In this document: one piece after another, positions 40,245 to 53,716 of the stretch
How positions within the stretch are numbered: position 1 is the stretch's first letter
Layout of the letters: every line of letters begins with the position of its first letter
NCBI GenBank assembly: GCA_012295275.1
Contig: CM022669.1
Location: 7,936,001 to 8,000,000 of the forward strand
DNA length: 64,000 nt
Source: Chrysomallon squamiferum
Taxonomy: Eukaryota; Animalia; Mollusca
Direction: 5' to 3'
Notes under the pieces: generated by a model
What the model saw: the letters and a program-made list of their open reading frames with translations, nothing else
Told to the model about the DNA's origin: nothing
Databases searched by the model: none
Program-made: the position numbers and the translations under genes

Positions 40245-43200
40245 ATGGCAGATGACAAAGGCAATGATGTCTCTGAATCCATCGAAGTCGCCACTGTCAT
40301 TAATGGTGGAAATCACGTTAAGTCTAAATTTGTCAGACAGATTTGCTCCATTTCAGTGGTGACGCGAATTTTGGATTGGTATCAGGATCTAAAGACCAAA
40401 AGTCAACTTCTGTCGTTCGCTATTTCGCCACTTGAATATTTTTTCTTGTGGCCTTTTTTATTCATAACAAAACAGTTTGGGCAAAATTGTGAGTAATTAA
40501 TTTTCATTATTTATTTTATTGTCCATTTTAAAACATTGCATCACCACTTACTTTTTAGTCCAACAAGACTACAAGACTCGCGTTCGCTAAAAGGTAAAAT
40601 GATAACAAAAGATTTAAAGAACAAAGACTTAATTTTCTTTTATATTAAAAATATATGTAAAACAAGGAAATTTCCCCACATTTTTAGATGAATAACTTAG
40701 ATTATTAATATTTCATTTACTTTGTACATAATTCTGTATTTTTATGAATTTTATTTTTTGTTTGTTTTAATCCATGTTTTTAATATTAGTTATCCTAATT
40801 TTATTTTCATTCCTTTCTGTATTGTAAATTTTAATGATGACAAGTTAACTAAAATTTAGCTCAAGAAACAACCAATATGTAAAAATGAAACAAATCATTA
40901 AAATACAATACTGACAATAGGTTTTGTATACAATATTTATTTTTAAAATAATCATAATTTGTTTCAGTTTCCTATGTTGATGAGAAGGTTGCAAGTATAA
41001 TTTCAGTGATGGTAAACATTGCTGGTTTGTCTTGCCATTCAGAAAAGGTGAATATTTTTAATTGTTCATTTACTGTGTTAAATTATTCATTTATATTCAT
41101 AAATTAGAAGAAGAAAAAATAATAATATACTTTAAAAAAAACTTTAAATCCACTTAATTGAAGATTAAACATTTTTATTTATAAGTGTTGCCATACAACA
41201 TACAAACACCTTCATTTTCAAGATAACTAAAATTCTAAAAAAATGTATAAATCATTAATGCTTGTGAATTAAGATCTAATATTAGTCTGCCTTTCAAAAG
41301 CCCATCTGTAATTATTCAGTACCTGATATTTGTACAATTAGACATTTTCTTCATTATTTTTGTACATTTAGAAAACAGCAACTCCAGTTACTAAAAGAAA
41401 ACAAAAATATCCAGTGATGTCAATGCCAGTAGCCTTCGTCATCTGGTGTATTGACACTGTTTGTAATGTCTCGGATGGTTTTTTGAGAAAAATACAAGCC
41501 TATGATCAGCAGCAGAAAATGTTGGAAAAAACAAAGCAAAACAAACAAAAACAACCAGTGGTATGTTCATTAACGAAGTTCAATGCTATTTATCTCTTAT
41601 AAGTCGATAAATTGAAATTAATCATAGTTTGCCAAAAGAAACTGAGATAATATTAAATAAACTATTTAAAAAAGCATGTTTTGTGGGTAGTAATGAATTT
41701 TTATTAGTAAACAGAACAAGAAAATGTTATTTGAAAGCTTTAGAATTAGTCAGTTTTCTGTTGAATGGTAAATATATATCTAAGCTAAAAAGAATTATTT
41801 AAAAAAATATATTATTTTATTTTTTTCAGGGCCTTAATGGATTAATAGGTATAGTGATTTATCCACTAGAACTGTATGTAAGTATAATATAAGAAATTAA
41901 TATTTACACAAATTTCTGTTAATTCTTTGACTTTCACAATTATTTGTAATTAAATTAAGATTACAGCAGAAGTTTTGAAGCTCTGGTATGCATACCTCTG
42001 TGTGTATGCAAGCAAAATTCGATGATGGTCAATGAAAAAAGCAAAAACAGTATTTGTACAGCTAAAAAACAACAACTTGAAGAATGATAAATATCCTGGC
42101 CAAACCTTCAAAAACGGCTCTGAATAATTTTCTTTAAAAAAATTGTAATTTTGCATTATATTTTAGCCAATTAAAGCACTGTGCACATTTTTGCTCAAAT
42201 ATTAACTGGCCCTACTGAAGTTGTTCTGTCGTGACATTTTGAAATGGATATGTATCAACCAAATATTTTTTCCAAGGGTATCAGCTGGTAAAAAGACATT
42301 GAATAACTGCATCCCATAAAAAAATAAATGAGGTTTTTTTAAACAACTTGATAAGTAGTAAAGAATTTTTTATGCAGCATAATTTTTGTATTTTTTTATT
42401 TTTATAAAGGTATCTTTGATGAGTTACCTCCGTAGATGGATTCACCATTTCTTTGACCAATCACCTTGGCCAGTGAAGGCCTTGTCACCAGAGAAATTAG
42501 CAGAAATACAGGCAAGAAGAAAAGTAAGAGAAATCAGTTCAGTTTCTTGAGTGTTGGTGTTAACTTAGTCAGAATGCATTTTGTATGCTTCCAAATATTT
42601 TTGTAATATTTTCTATACCAATAGAATTTTTCAATACTCTATCCACAAATACACTTTAATCAGTGATTTATTTGTTCACAAATGATTGTAAATAAACAAG
42701 AATTGATTGTAGTCAAATATCGTTGTAGGTATCTCCAAGAAAAAAATCAAGGAATTTGCTTGTTCAGCTGTTTGGGTTAGGCAGACCAGGAAAACTGGAG
42801 AAGATAAGCGAGGAACTGAAAGGTATTTTGTTACTTTTCTGTAATATTGTATAAATATAACTGACAGTATGATTACAACAAATTAACAAACTGAAGGTGT
42901 ATTTTGTCAAAAGTAAATATAAACAAATTTTAAATACACATTTGCAAAGTTTAGGCCTAATGCGTTCAGTCAAGTATGTTCATACAAATTAACAAACAGA
43001 ACAAGAATGATGCAAGTAATTTAAGACATTTCTAAATTATTTTTACAAAATATATTTACTCAGCTTCTTCATATTTCAGGTGAGCTGATTAAGAGCCCTA
43101 ACAAAGAAGATGGAGTGGAGAAGAAGCGGAAGTATGAAGATGTCGAGGGCGAGTTGGAGTCGGATGAAAATTATGGTTTGGGTGACAGTGACATGGAGAA

Positions 43201-46022
43201 TTATGTCAGTGAGGAAGACCCTGACTATGAGGTACAGAAATTTTGTTTATTTTTCAGTTTATTCTAAATCAAACTTTAAAAAAAAAAAAATGGATACGCC
43301 TGAAAGCTTTCCTGTGTTTTTAACTTTTCATAGTGTTAAAGAAAAAACAGCATACAGATTAAAATTACATTTGCCTTTCAGCCTGCTAATGGTGACAGTA
43401 CAGACAGTGAGGAATATGCTGAGGGTCAGACAGAAAGTGACATTGAATTTGAGTACAAGGATTCTACTTACCAAGTAACAGAAAATTCAGACAAGGTTTG
43501 TTACTAAAGTGTTAACAATTTTTTTTTTTTAAAGTCAAAAGAATTATACTGATTTATCTGTTAAAAACTTGTTAATAATTCAGAATGTTTTGGTAAATAG
43601 TTTTAAATTTAATTTTTTACAGCCAGAAACTCCATCAGAAGCAGCAGCAGTGAAAAAGAACAATACCAAACAGGTATTCTAAAAAAAATATTTCACTAAC
43701 ATTAGTTTTGCACTCTGATTTGTAGCTTTCACATTAGTAGGTATTAATAATCACATTTAAAAAATTTTTAATATGCTAGCTATTTAGTAAAACTACTCTT
43801 TGTATTGTTTTGTAAGGGATGTTATGTTCACCACAGATTTTGATTTTTTAGATAATTAAGTCAATATAATTTTCATTCTTACTGTTATGACTTTTTTATA
43901 CCAGCAGGTGGAGCAATTCACTACTGCAGAAACTTAACTGGCACCATTTAGGAGAAAATATTTAACCAACAATGCTTGTATATCTTTATTTTTTATAAAT
44001 ATCCAGTAACAAGTGGAAATGTAAAGCAAGATGGTAGATATTGTTGGGTTGTACAGATCGTCTGTGATTTTTGTTTCAGGCATCTTCTAAAACATCTAGT
44101 AGCAACGGAAACCAAACACCTGTACAGCACGACCTAAGAACCAAACTGGACATCATAGCAGCAGAAAAGGTAAAATTATATTATAAATGTCCTTTAACAG
44201 TTTAAATAAATTCTGTAATTTTATTTCACTACAAACTTTTTTGGACTAAAAATTCATTGTACTGAAATAGGAAAAGTAAATGAATAACTTACTATATACA
44301 CACCTTTTGCAATATAATAGGTAATTATTAACAAAAATTGATACCAAATGTAAGAATATATTATGTATGTAAGATTTTATTACCACCAGAGGTAACAATT
44401 TGTTCAATTTTTATTTGTTCAGGCAGCTGCCAAGAGATTTGTAGAGGGCACTCCACCAGTAAAAACTAGCACACCAAAATCAAAAACTACAGAAACCAAA
44501 GCTAATCAGGATTCACTTCAAACAGAAAAGGTATTTCCATATTTCATACTATAGAGAGAGGGATATTTTTGTGAAAACAAGAGGAAATATGTGGCAGATG
44601 AAAGCTGTTCATATTACTTAAAAAACAGTGCTTACAGTATATCTGAGGAATGATAGATAACAAGAACAGTCCCCATAATGTCAGTTTTAGACCAGCAGTT
44701 ATTGTAAGATTTTAGTAACAGTTTACCAGAATTTGAATCGAAAACAAAAGTTTCCAAAAGATTATCTGGCAAAATCCTGTTGAATAAGTCACTGCTTCAT
44801 TCACTTGACCCATGTTCTCATTCCCTGTCGAGCTATTTTTGTGCTGAAAACACCAGATATTGATCATTTTATATTACCTCACTTTTTGTAATATACTCAT
44901 GTATTATCTCCTTAATTTTTTTTTATAGAAACCTTCACAGATGGGAAAGTTGACTCTGCCAAAATTGAATTCTCCTCAGGCGAAGGTAAAGGAAAGCAGA
45001 TTCAAAGAAGTTGAGGAAAAAGCAACAGTTCAAATGCAGACAAATGCTTCAAACACGGATAAGGTAATAATACTGAAATACTGATACCACAAAAAGTTCA
45101 GGTTGATTTTGTTTTCCTGAAAATAACCCTATGAATGTAACTAATTAAAACGCACTAGAACTCACTGTTTATATCTCTACATATCAGAAATGTCTTAAAA
45201 CAGTCTCTACAACTCTGTATGTTGCAGAAAGCTCTTCTGACACCTGGTAAAAATGTCAAATGTGGCTCTCCTCAAGTGAAGACCAAAGAAGGAAAAGAGA
45301 AATTGGCATCATTTCACGAGAAATGCAAGGATGCAGACGACGCCTTCACTCCTCATACCAACACTTCAGCTACACAAAAGGTAAAGCACATTCCAGTTGA
45401 TATTCTTCAAAACTGAGTGTATTTTGTTATTTGTTTTTCATAAAGCTGATTAGTTTTACACTGAAGCACAACATCTTTCATATTTCCCCTACTGGTTTTA
45501 GTAACTGCTGTGTCACTAGTTTTATCAGATTTTTCTTGTCTCTAGGAAGGTATATATATAAAGTACTTTGCTGATGATCAGTAAGAATAGCTCTTCTGAC
45601 ATGGTAAAAGTTGGTCTGTTGTCACATTAGTATATCACATTTATAATTTTTGGATCATATTAGAAATAACTTCCATTTTTATTAATTTTGTTTGGATAGA
45701 ATTGTATAATAAAGCTTTTCATTCCATTTTGAATGTTTTTATCAATACTAAGTTGTATTACATTTAAGTCAGAAAATAAAAAAGCAATTCATTTTTAATT
45801 TTTTTAATTTAGGCTACAACTGATAAGACATCAAAGCAGAAAGGAAGCAAAAAGTCAGAAAACCAGGAAACTGTAAAGGAAAGCAAATTGAAAGGAAATG
45901 ATACAAATGCAGAAAAATCAAGTGCTGATAAATTTAATGGAGAAAAACCCAAAACAGAAATGGCAAATGCAAATTTAATCAGTGGCAGCTTTGCTACAAA
46001 AGATAACATTCCCAAGAAGTGA
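40245..46022 (+). CDS. Uncharacterised ~593-aa protein: divergent perilipin/PAT-like N-terminus, hydrophobic segments, basic NLS-like and acidic EDPDYEP region, low-complexity K/S/T-rich tail
   Basis: 14 phase-consistent GT-AG exons: 40245-40488, 40968-41047, 41372-41560, 41830-41877, 42410-42523, 42729-42822, 43080-43231, 43382-43495, 43623-43673, 44080-44169, 44423-44530, 44929-45063, 45228-45380, 45813-46022 (TGA). The gene model is well supported by splice phases; domain identity is inferred. Confidence 0.78.
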
Positions 46023-48589
46023 AACTTACAGAATACGAAAGGTTATCAAGGCGCAAGAAATGAATGAATTTGATACTTTAAATTCTTTTTGGAACTGAAA
46101 CTTTATTCTTACATTGTTAAAAAAAGATGGGACATTTTGGCAGCCTTTTGCAATGCTTTAATGTGATATACATTTTCAGTAGACTTGTTTATTTTTTAAT
46201 TTTGTTATTAAATTGATAAAGTACTTTTTCTTTCTTTTTTGGTAACTATACTAATATAAGATTTATGATAACATTTTATTACATACTAAACTCAATTGTA
46301 ATTATGTTGTAATACAAATTTCATGTTGTTAATTTTCTTTTGTAAGATGTTTGGTTCTTGTTTAGTGGTCTTTTCATATGCACATTTTCAAAACGTTCTA
46401 TCACTGGAAAATTGGCAAGTGCTATATCTTTATGGCATGCTTTAATCAACTTAAAATCCATTACATTTAGAACAGTGTTATCTTAATGCTACTGTTTAAA
46501 AAAAAAAAAAGATTTGTTACAGTATTCAAAGAAAGAATATTTTTAGCATTTATACAGCATTTTGTATTTCACTGCAGGCAAAGAATAATGAATTTATTCC
46601 CACAGACTACAAGCAACATAAGCTAATGTATTTGCAATATGTAATGCAAGGAAAGGGAAAATGTAAATTAGTTTAAAATTTTTAATCAAGTGATTTATCA
46701 TGTTTGTTCTGGTAAATTAAAATCTTTGATTTGAGACCAGAAACATTTTTGTCAGATAGTAATTACAAAATTTGAACTCTTGTTATTAAAGTTGATTCTG
46801 AAATGGAAATGACTTTGTATTAATTTCAGTATAATCTCATTTTTAATCCTTTCAAAACAACAAAATAATGCTGACACATGTATATTATTATTAAAGGAAA
46901 ACTGTAAAATATCAAATTACCAAAACAAATTTGAGTTTGGTGTGGAATTGGGTTATCAGTATTGTTTATACAAGTTGTTAAAGAACTAACTGCCATCTGG
47001 TAGAAGTAACCATATCTTTAATGCTTTGATATTCTCTTTTGTTGACATGACAGAAACTGAGCAGGAGTGGAGAACTGTCAAAAGTCAACAATAATAATAA
47101 TAAAATGAAATTGTCTTGAATTGCATTTACCTCACAGATGTAGTAAAATGCACACATGTACATTCGAAGATTTTTATTTTCTGCCTCATCCTTCAGAATA
47201 ATTAAACCGCAGTGCCATTTATTATTTGTAAATAATGAATTCCATAACATGGATCTTCATAATGTTTGTTTTCTCTTGTAAATGAAAAGATACTCTCTTC
47301 CCTGTGGATGTATCTGGCCATAAATCATGAACTTTTAAAATACTGAACTATTGGATGACAGGGGGAAAATTGTTGAAGATAAGTCTTGTTAAAGGGACAT
47401 AACTTAAATATTTATTCTAGGTTTTAGTTTGTTTTAAATCCAAAAATTTCACTTGATTTCACTCGATCATTGGGATGATTAAAATATTCAGCAGAAATGA
47501 GTTGTAAAGAAAATGGGTAAATAAAATAATATTTAAAAATTAAAATCTATATTTTACTACAATAATCACAAAACAAATTATTTTTATTTTAAAGGAACAT
47601 TTGGAGAGTTCCTAGAGTATTCTTTCCTTGAATTTGTGTATACATTTGAAAACAATTGGTGTTTTTTTTTATTAAAATGTAATAGCAGATTTTGTCTCAC
47701 AGTGAAATCAATTGTATAGAACAAATACATGTTTGTCTATTATAATTACTTGAATTCTGAAGCAGTAATCACAGAAAAAGTTATAGTATTTTTTTTTTTT
47801 TTTTTTTGGTCTAATAAGAATAATGCAAAATTATAAATTTCAGATGAAGTGTAAAGGCGACATGCATACGTTGTGATCTGTCATGTAACCAGTCAGACTG
47901 TTTTGTTAATAGAATGTATACATTACAACCTAGAACTGGTAATTCAAAACAATTATCAACAGTACTAAAATAACAAGGTAAATAAGCAGCCTTTCTGGAC
48001 CAGATTTAGGAGATGGGAAAGGATTTTTTTAAATTGGTTATGGTTCAGGGACAAGACAACCATTGAAAGGTCTCAAGAAAAAAAAAAAAACTTCACCCCT
48101 ACCCTCACATTGTGAAATTTGAGTTTGTTTAGTTAGTTTTTCAGTAAGATTAATTTAATTTATTTTATATATATATATATAAAAAAAAAAATAAAAAAAA
48201 AAACTGATGGGAAACCCTGTATTAAACGTAAATATAATCTAAAAAAAAAAAAAAAAAAAAAAAAACAACCCAAAAACAGTTAAAACATTCCAAAGCTTTT
48301 CAGTGATGATGATGATGATGATTATCTAAAAAGGGTGCTCATATCCTCTCATCAGCAAAATGATGTATATTCAGATTATGTTTATTTTTGCTTTCTTAAA
48401 ATGACCATTTATTTACATTTACATTTATCATCTGTAATTGCGTTTGCACACCTTTTTACATTTGAATTTTATGATTACTGTTATTGTAGAATATTTAACG
48501 GACACTCGCAATTCCTTTCTGAACATCTGTGTATATTAGGTATAATTTGATTACTAGTATTTGGGAACAAAATAAAAATAAGTAAAAAA

Positions 48590-48970
48590 AAAAATTAACG
48601 TGTAACTTGAGCACGTAATACGACATCACTATTTATAACTTAGAAAACATAATTTCGCGGGCTTCTTGATCTTTAACCAATCCTACAAAGGATTTAACCA
48701 TTTGCGTCACTTCCGCAAAAAAGAAAGTTTGGGCACGCCCACTGCACGCGGTTTAGACTGAGCGTTTGTGTTTTGTTTTTCTCTCGTGAATTTTCTGTAT
48801 ATCAACATTTTTGAAAGTTCGTTACAATTGTTACAGCAAAATATTTTCTTGAGGATGAAAAGAATGATATGATGATCAGTCGTTGATATTTTGACAGTTT
48901 GAAGAAGAAAATCAGAAGCTGCAGAAGTCGAAATCTGATCGTCAACTGCCTTGAAACAAAGAGGGCGTGC
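48590..48970 (+). promoter_or_regulatory. KLF gene promoter/5' UTR: CCAAT, CRE-like, ETS, GC/CACCC boxes; two overlapping uORFs
   Basis: CCAAT ~48677, TGCGTCA ~48703, ACTTCCG ~48709, GGGCACGCCCAC 48731-48742 and GGGCGTG ~48963. uORFs at 48855-48872 (MKRMI*) and 48869-48886 (MMISR*). Confidence 0.6.
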
Positions 48971-49023
48971 GAGTTCTTGACTACCAGCTGATCACAGTTT
49001 TGTTTGATTTGTGACAGTTCAAA

Positions 49024-52000
49024 ATGACGTTACAAAACGGGGATGTTCGTGATTACGATACAAACTTGGCTGCAGAATGTTTAGTTGCCATGTCAAATTC
49101 TTTTTGTAGCAAAAACGTTTCATCGCCAAAATTGGTGGGATGCGAGGAAGTTGTTTCAACATCAACTGAAATAGCTTCAAGCCAACCAGATTCTTTGTTC
49201 ACGTTAGCGAGAATTTTGACCGATCTCGGTAAATTTAAACAAGATCCCATTGACACTGACTATAGCAGTGATGAAATGTGTAAGAAGAACAGTTCCTATG
49301 AATGTAATAATTCTGACAATTGTGAAAATCTTGTTTCTCGTCGAAAACGTAGTCATCGCAACAAACCAAAATCAACCACGCCCACTTTTGATGTAGACAT
49401 GAAAAAAGTCGGGAAAAATGAAAAACTATTGGGAGGATGCGATAAAAAATTACATAGATGTCATTTTAAAAACTGTGAGAAAGTGTATGGCAAAAGTTCT
49501 CATCTGAAAGCACACCTCAGGACCCATACAGGTACAGTATATAACAACCTTATCGTGGAAAAACGCTTTCGCGCCATTGTTTGCATATGTTTCTGTTGTT
49601 TAGGCTTAGGCACATGTCAAGTCACCTTGAGGTTAACGCCTTAGTTTAATTTTGTCTGGATTGTACGCAATCTCCTTATCAGATGTTCTTTCAGTTTTAA
49701 ATATTAATGTATTTTAAAATTTCATATTTAATTAAGTTTATTCGATTTTTGATGTTTCTTAAAAGTGTCTACGAGACTGCGGTCTCCGCCCTACATTTGT
49801 TTTGGGATGAGCTCTTTAAATAACCTTTGTCTAAAAATAGCTAGAGTGCAGTATATTACAGTCTTACCTCATACACTGGTATTTTCCAGGCTGTTCTATG
49901 CATAATGATTGAAACGTGATGTTGATTCAGTTACATCATATAGGAGATAAAACAAAAATGTAATTTAATAATAATGATAATAAAATTATGCATTGACTAT
50001 TTTTTACAATTACATCAGAAGCCGTAACTGACTAAAAGTAATATTTTCTAAAGAAATTATAATCTAAAAAGAATTACAAAAAATAAGTAGAGCATAACCC
50101 ATTTTATGAAAGGACCAGTTCTAACTGGAACTTTGTGGAATATATAAGAAAAAAAACATTCTACCAGTTTGATCGTTGGCAATGGTCTTTTATTATCTGG
50201 TCATCACTCTCTAGCTATGAAAGGGTCAGTTCTACTTAGTGTACCCATCATGATGACGCCCATTCTGCCCATTGTTTCGTGACTGCTTTATCAAAGGCAG
50301 TCATATATTCTTTCTTGAGGGACTGGTACAGCTAATAATGAAATGGCTGAGGTATTATTGAACAAAAGATGTATGACATCAAGTACATTCATGAAGCTGA
50401 ATAATGAGAATCCTGCACGCACATGCGCACACACACACACATATTGTTTTTGTATTAAGTAAGAAAATAAACATGCAATACATAAATATATATGTCTGCA
50501 TGTGTGTGTGTTTCAGTTCAAATTGCTTTGGGATACATTATTTAATTTACATTTTGCTAGTTGCTATGAAAAGGTGATATTCAAGAAAATATTGACAGTA
50601 TATTAAACTTCTATACATATTTTGGGTGATAGAAAATTGGGTGGGGTGAGCCCACGGTGATTATCTTTCCAGAAGACAATGATGAATCATTGTGTGTAAG
50701 AATACAAATAAAAATACTGTGCTTTTCTTTTGACATTTTTGGTGCTGAAATTAGAAAATTAAAAAAGAAATTTAATACTTAATGCTTTACAATTTACATG
50801 TGTCCAGTTCAACATATTTCATTTGTTTATATATATACTATCTTCTTTAATTCACACTGCAGATTTTACTGTAAAATCCACATTTGTACTTTGTTTTTGT
50901 CCATGTTCACTGAACCGTATCAACGTACTGAGTTGTATTTTTTCCTGACAACAACCTCGCCCCTATTTGTTCACTGGTGATTTGTGAGGTCGTGTGCCAT
51001 CTGCCGTTAGTTTATTTTCTTAAGAGTAACCTCTTTCGATTGGTCGGTGTGTCATCACTGTGTCGTCCTATACAAAACTAAAACACCTGTATTCTAATGT
51101 TTCTTCACAGTTTTCTTTGTTCTCATTGTTGTCATTTGTTCATGCTGTTTGATTTTTGAACATCACTTTTTGATTCAAAAAAAAAAAAAATAATAATAAA
51201 AACAAGCACTGACATGCAAAAAAGAGAAGTTTTCATTTTATAAATACATATACACACTCACACACACATACACACACACACACACACACACAAATGCACA
51301 GTGTAATTATATATATGCTGGTGTAGATCCGTGGTTTCAAAAACAGAAGGCATACAGCACTATCACTCTGATATACATAATTTTGAAAAAAAGATTACGG
51401 AGTCCTTCACCAAATAGATGAAATACATAGACACTATTGCATCAACCATTATAATTCAGTATGGTGGTGTGGCTTCGTAAATAAACTTTTTTGTAATTTA
51501 TTAATTATTAAATATTGTAACCTCGTATTTGTCAAAATGATAAAATACTGATATTTCACTTCTTAAAAATATTCTTATAATAAAGCCATAATGCTCTCCA
51601 CACTTAAATGTATACATGTTAATAAGGCTCAGTCTTTAAGGCCTTTTTATTGAAATTATTATTACTGGACATGGCAACAAAAAAAAACACCAAAAAACCA
51701 CTAAAAAATAATTTCCAGTTCTTTTTTGTTTTAAAATGTCTCTCTGTGCATATTGAAATGCAGTCATTTATGTCCATCCATTAGTTTGTACCTACTGATC
51801 AATATATGCTTGTTTGTAAATAAATTACCTTGCACCACTACATATAGTTACAAACATAGCTTTAGAAAGTAGACAGTACCTAGACCTGAGCTTGGAACCT
51901 GCCAGTCTGAAACTTGATGACTTTAACCATGGTGCCACTGAGACTGTTTTCAGTTGTGCAGTGTGCAGCAGACAGTGAAGTGTTAAAATAACAGAAAGTT

Positions 52001-52317
52001 ACTGCCTTACACCTGCTCTCAACATTTCAGCTGGGTCTCTCGTAAATAATGTTTACTGGAAGGGAAAGAGAGCTTTTAAAAAAAAAAAAAAATTGATAAT
52101 AATGGAGAAAATGTGATATTTGTGGGAGTAATTTTTGTAAAAGTGTAACTTAAAAATATTAACAGCTTCTTTATATTAACCATTTTATAAGTGTGTGTGT
52201 GTGTGTGTGTGTGTGAATATGTTTTGGTATATATGTTATTTATGTATGTTGCTATATCTTTTTATATAAGATGATTGATATGGGTATGTTCTTTTTGAAT
52301 GTTTCTTTAAACATGTA

Positions 52318-52352
<35 letters not shown>

Positions 52353-53110
52353 GTGTGGTTGTGTTACTGAAGTTAGTTGAAGTTAGTTTAATAGTCCACT
52401 TTTTAATCTTGAGCTATTCAGAAAATACTTTAAAAAATGGTTTGTTCTAAATCATTATATATTAGCTTGGTATTAAACAATAATAACTGTTAAATATGTA
52501 TAAATATTTCTGTATGCGTGTGTTTGTTTATATTTACATTATGTTTTTGTAACTATAATACAGCTAAATATGTTTGTAAATGAAAGTATGTGTGTGTGTC
52601 TATACATGTTAGTGTGTGTACATACATGTGTTTGTATACACACAGTATTGTTTGAATTAGTGGTGGCTGAAGCCAACTTGAGGTCAAGACTCTATTAGAT
52701 TTCTATTACAGTCAGCCTAAGGCTTACTGATAACTGCAAAACCTCCATAGCAACAGCATAGCAACAAAAAGTCCTGTCAAAAACCTCTACCTGTTACAGA
52801 GGTGATTAACATCAGTGGATACCTACATAAGTGTTCAATGGAAATTAAAAAAAATAACAATAATAAATAAATAAAATGTCTCAGTTGATTAGTGTTTGTG
52901 ACATAGCTGCTTTCACTGAACACGCTGTTTATAGTTCACTGGGGCCTTTATGAGGAGCTGAAGATAAAGTTAATTAAATAGTCTGATTCTTTTGAACTGT
53001 CTGAAGTGTACCAAACTTACATATAGTCCTCTCATATGTCAGAGACATGCAGTATATCTTTAGATTGTTTTATTTTGAGTAAATTTATTTAAATATATTT
53101 AGATTCAAAT

Positions 53111-53148
<38 letters not shown>

Positions 53149-53672
53149 ATTCACATTGTCCCCTGTTAACAGTTAGCAGACTTTGGTTTATTTAGACAGG
53201 GTAATCTTAATAAAAACAAATCTTTTTTGTCATGGACTGTTGTAAGTAAAGTAAGACTTTTTTTTTATAGCATATCAAATATTACACTAATGAATAACTT
53301 GAGGACATTTATAAATTACACACCCACTAATATTAACAAAAGGAAAGCCTAACATGTAGCATTTATTTTCCTTGGTATTTGTGGTTCCAACAGATATTTC
53401 CCTTTCAAACTAATTCATGATCAATACATAAAAGACTAATATACTGTAACCTGTCTTAGGTGAAAACTCATCCAGCTAACTGATAAGAATAGCAAGTGAT
53501 ATCAGTGGGTTTTCCTCTTGAACATAATTTAAAAAAAAAACGTAGTGTCAAGGTTATTTATCAACCTTTATGACAGAAATTTGTTCTGCTATCATTAAAC
53601 TAACACACCCTGATACTAGGCTTTATTGTCACAGACTTACATTTTGGCGTTTTATTATTATTGTTATTGTTA

Positions 53673-53716
<44 letters not shown>

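Noticed and set aside
43110-43478. 122-aa ORF MEWRRSGSMKMSR...
   Set aside because: An alternative frame across exons 43080-43231 and 43382-43495 and their intron; the spliced acidic frame is the one that fits the flanking phases.
51875-51945. tRNA-like sequence on the minus strand (another at ~61820-61880 on +)
   Set aside because: Cannot be folded into a full cloverleaf; more consistent with decayed tRNA-derived SINE heads than with tRNA genes.
52612-52643. Imperfect palindrome tgtgtgtacataca...tgtatacacaca
   Set aside because: Explained by adjacent (TG)n and (CA)n low-complexity runs.
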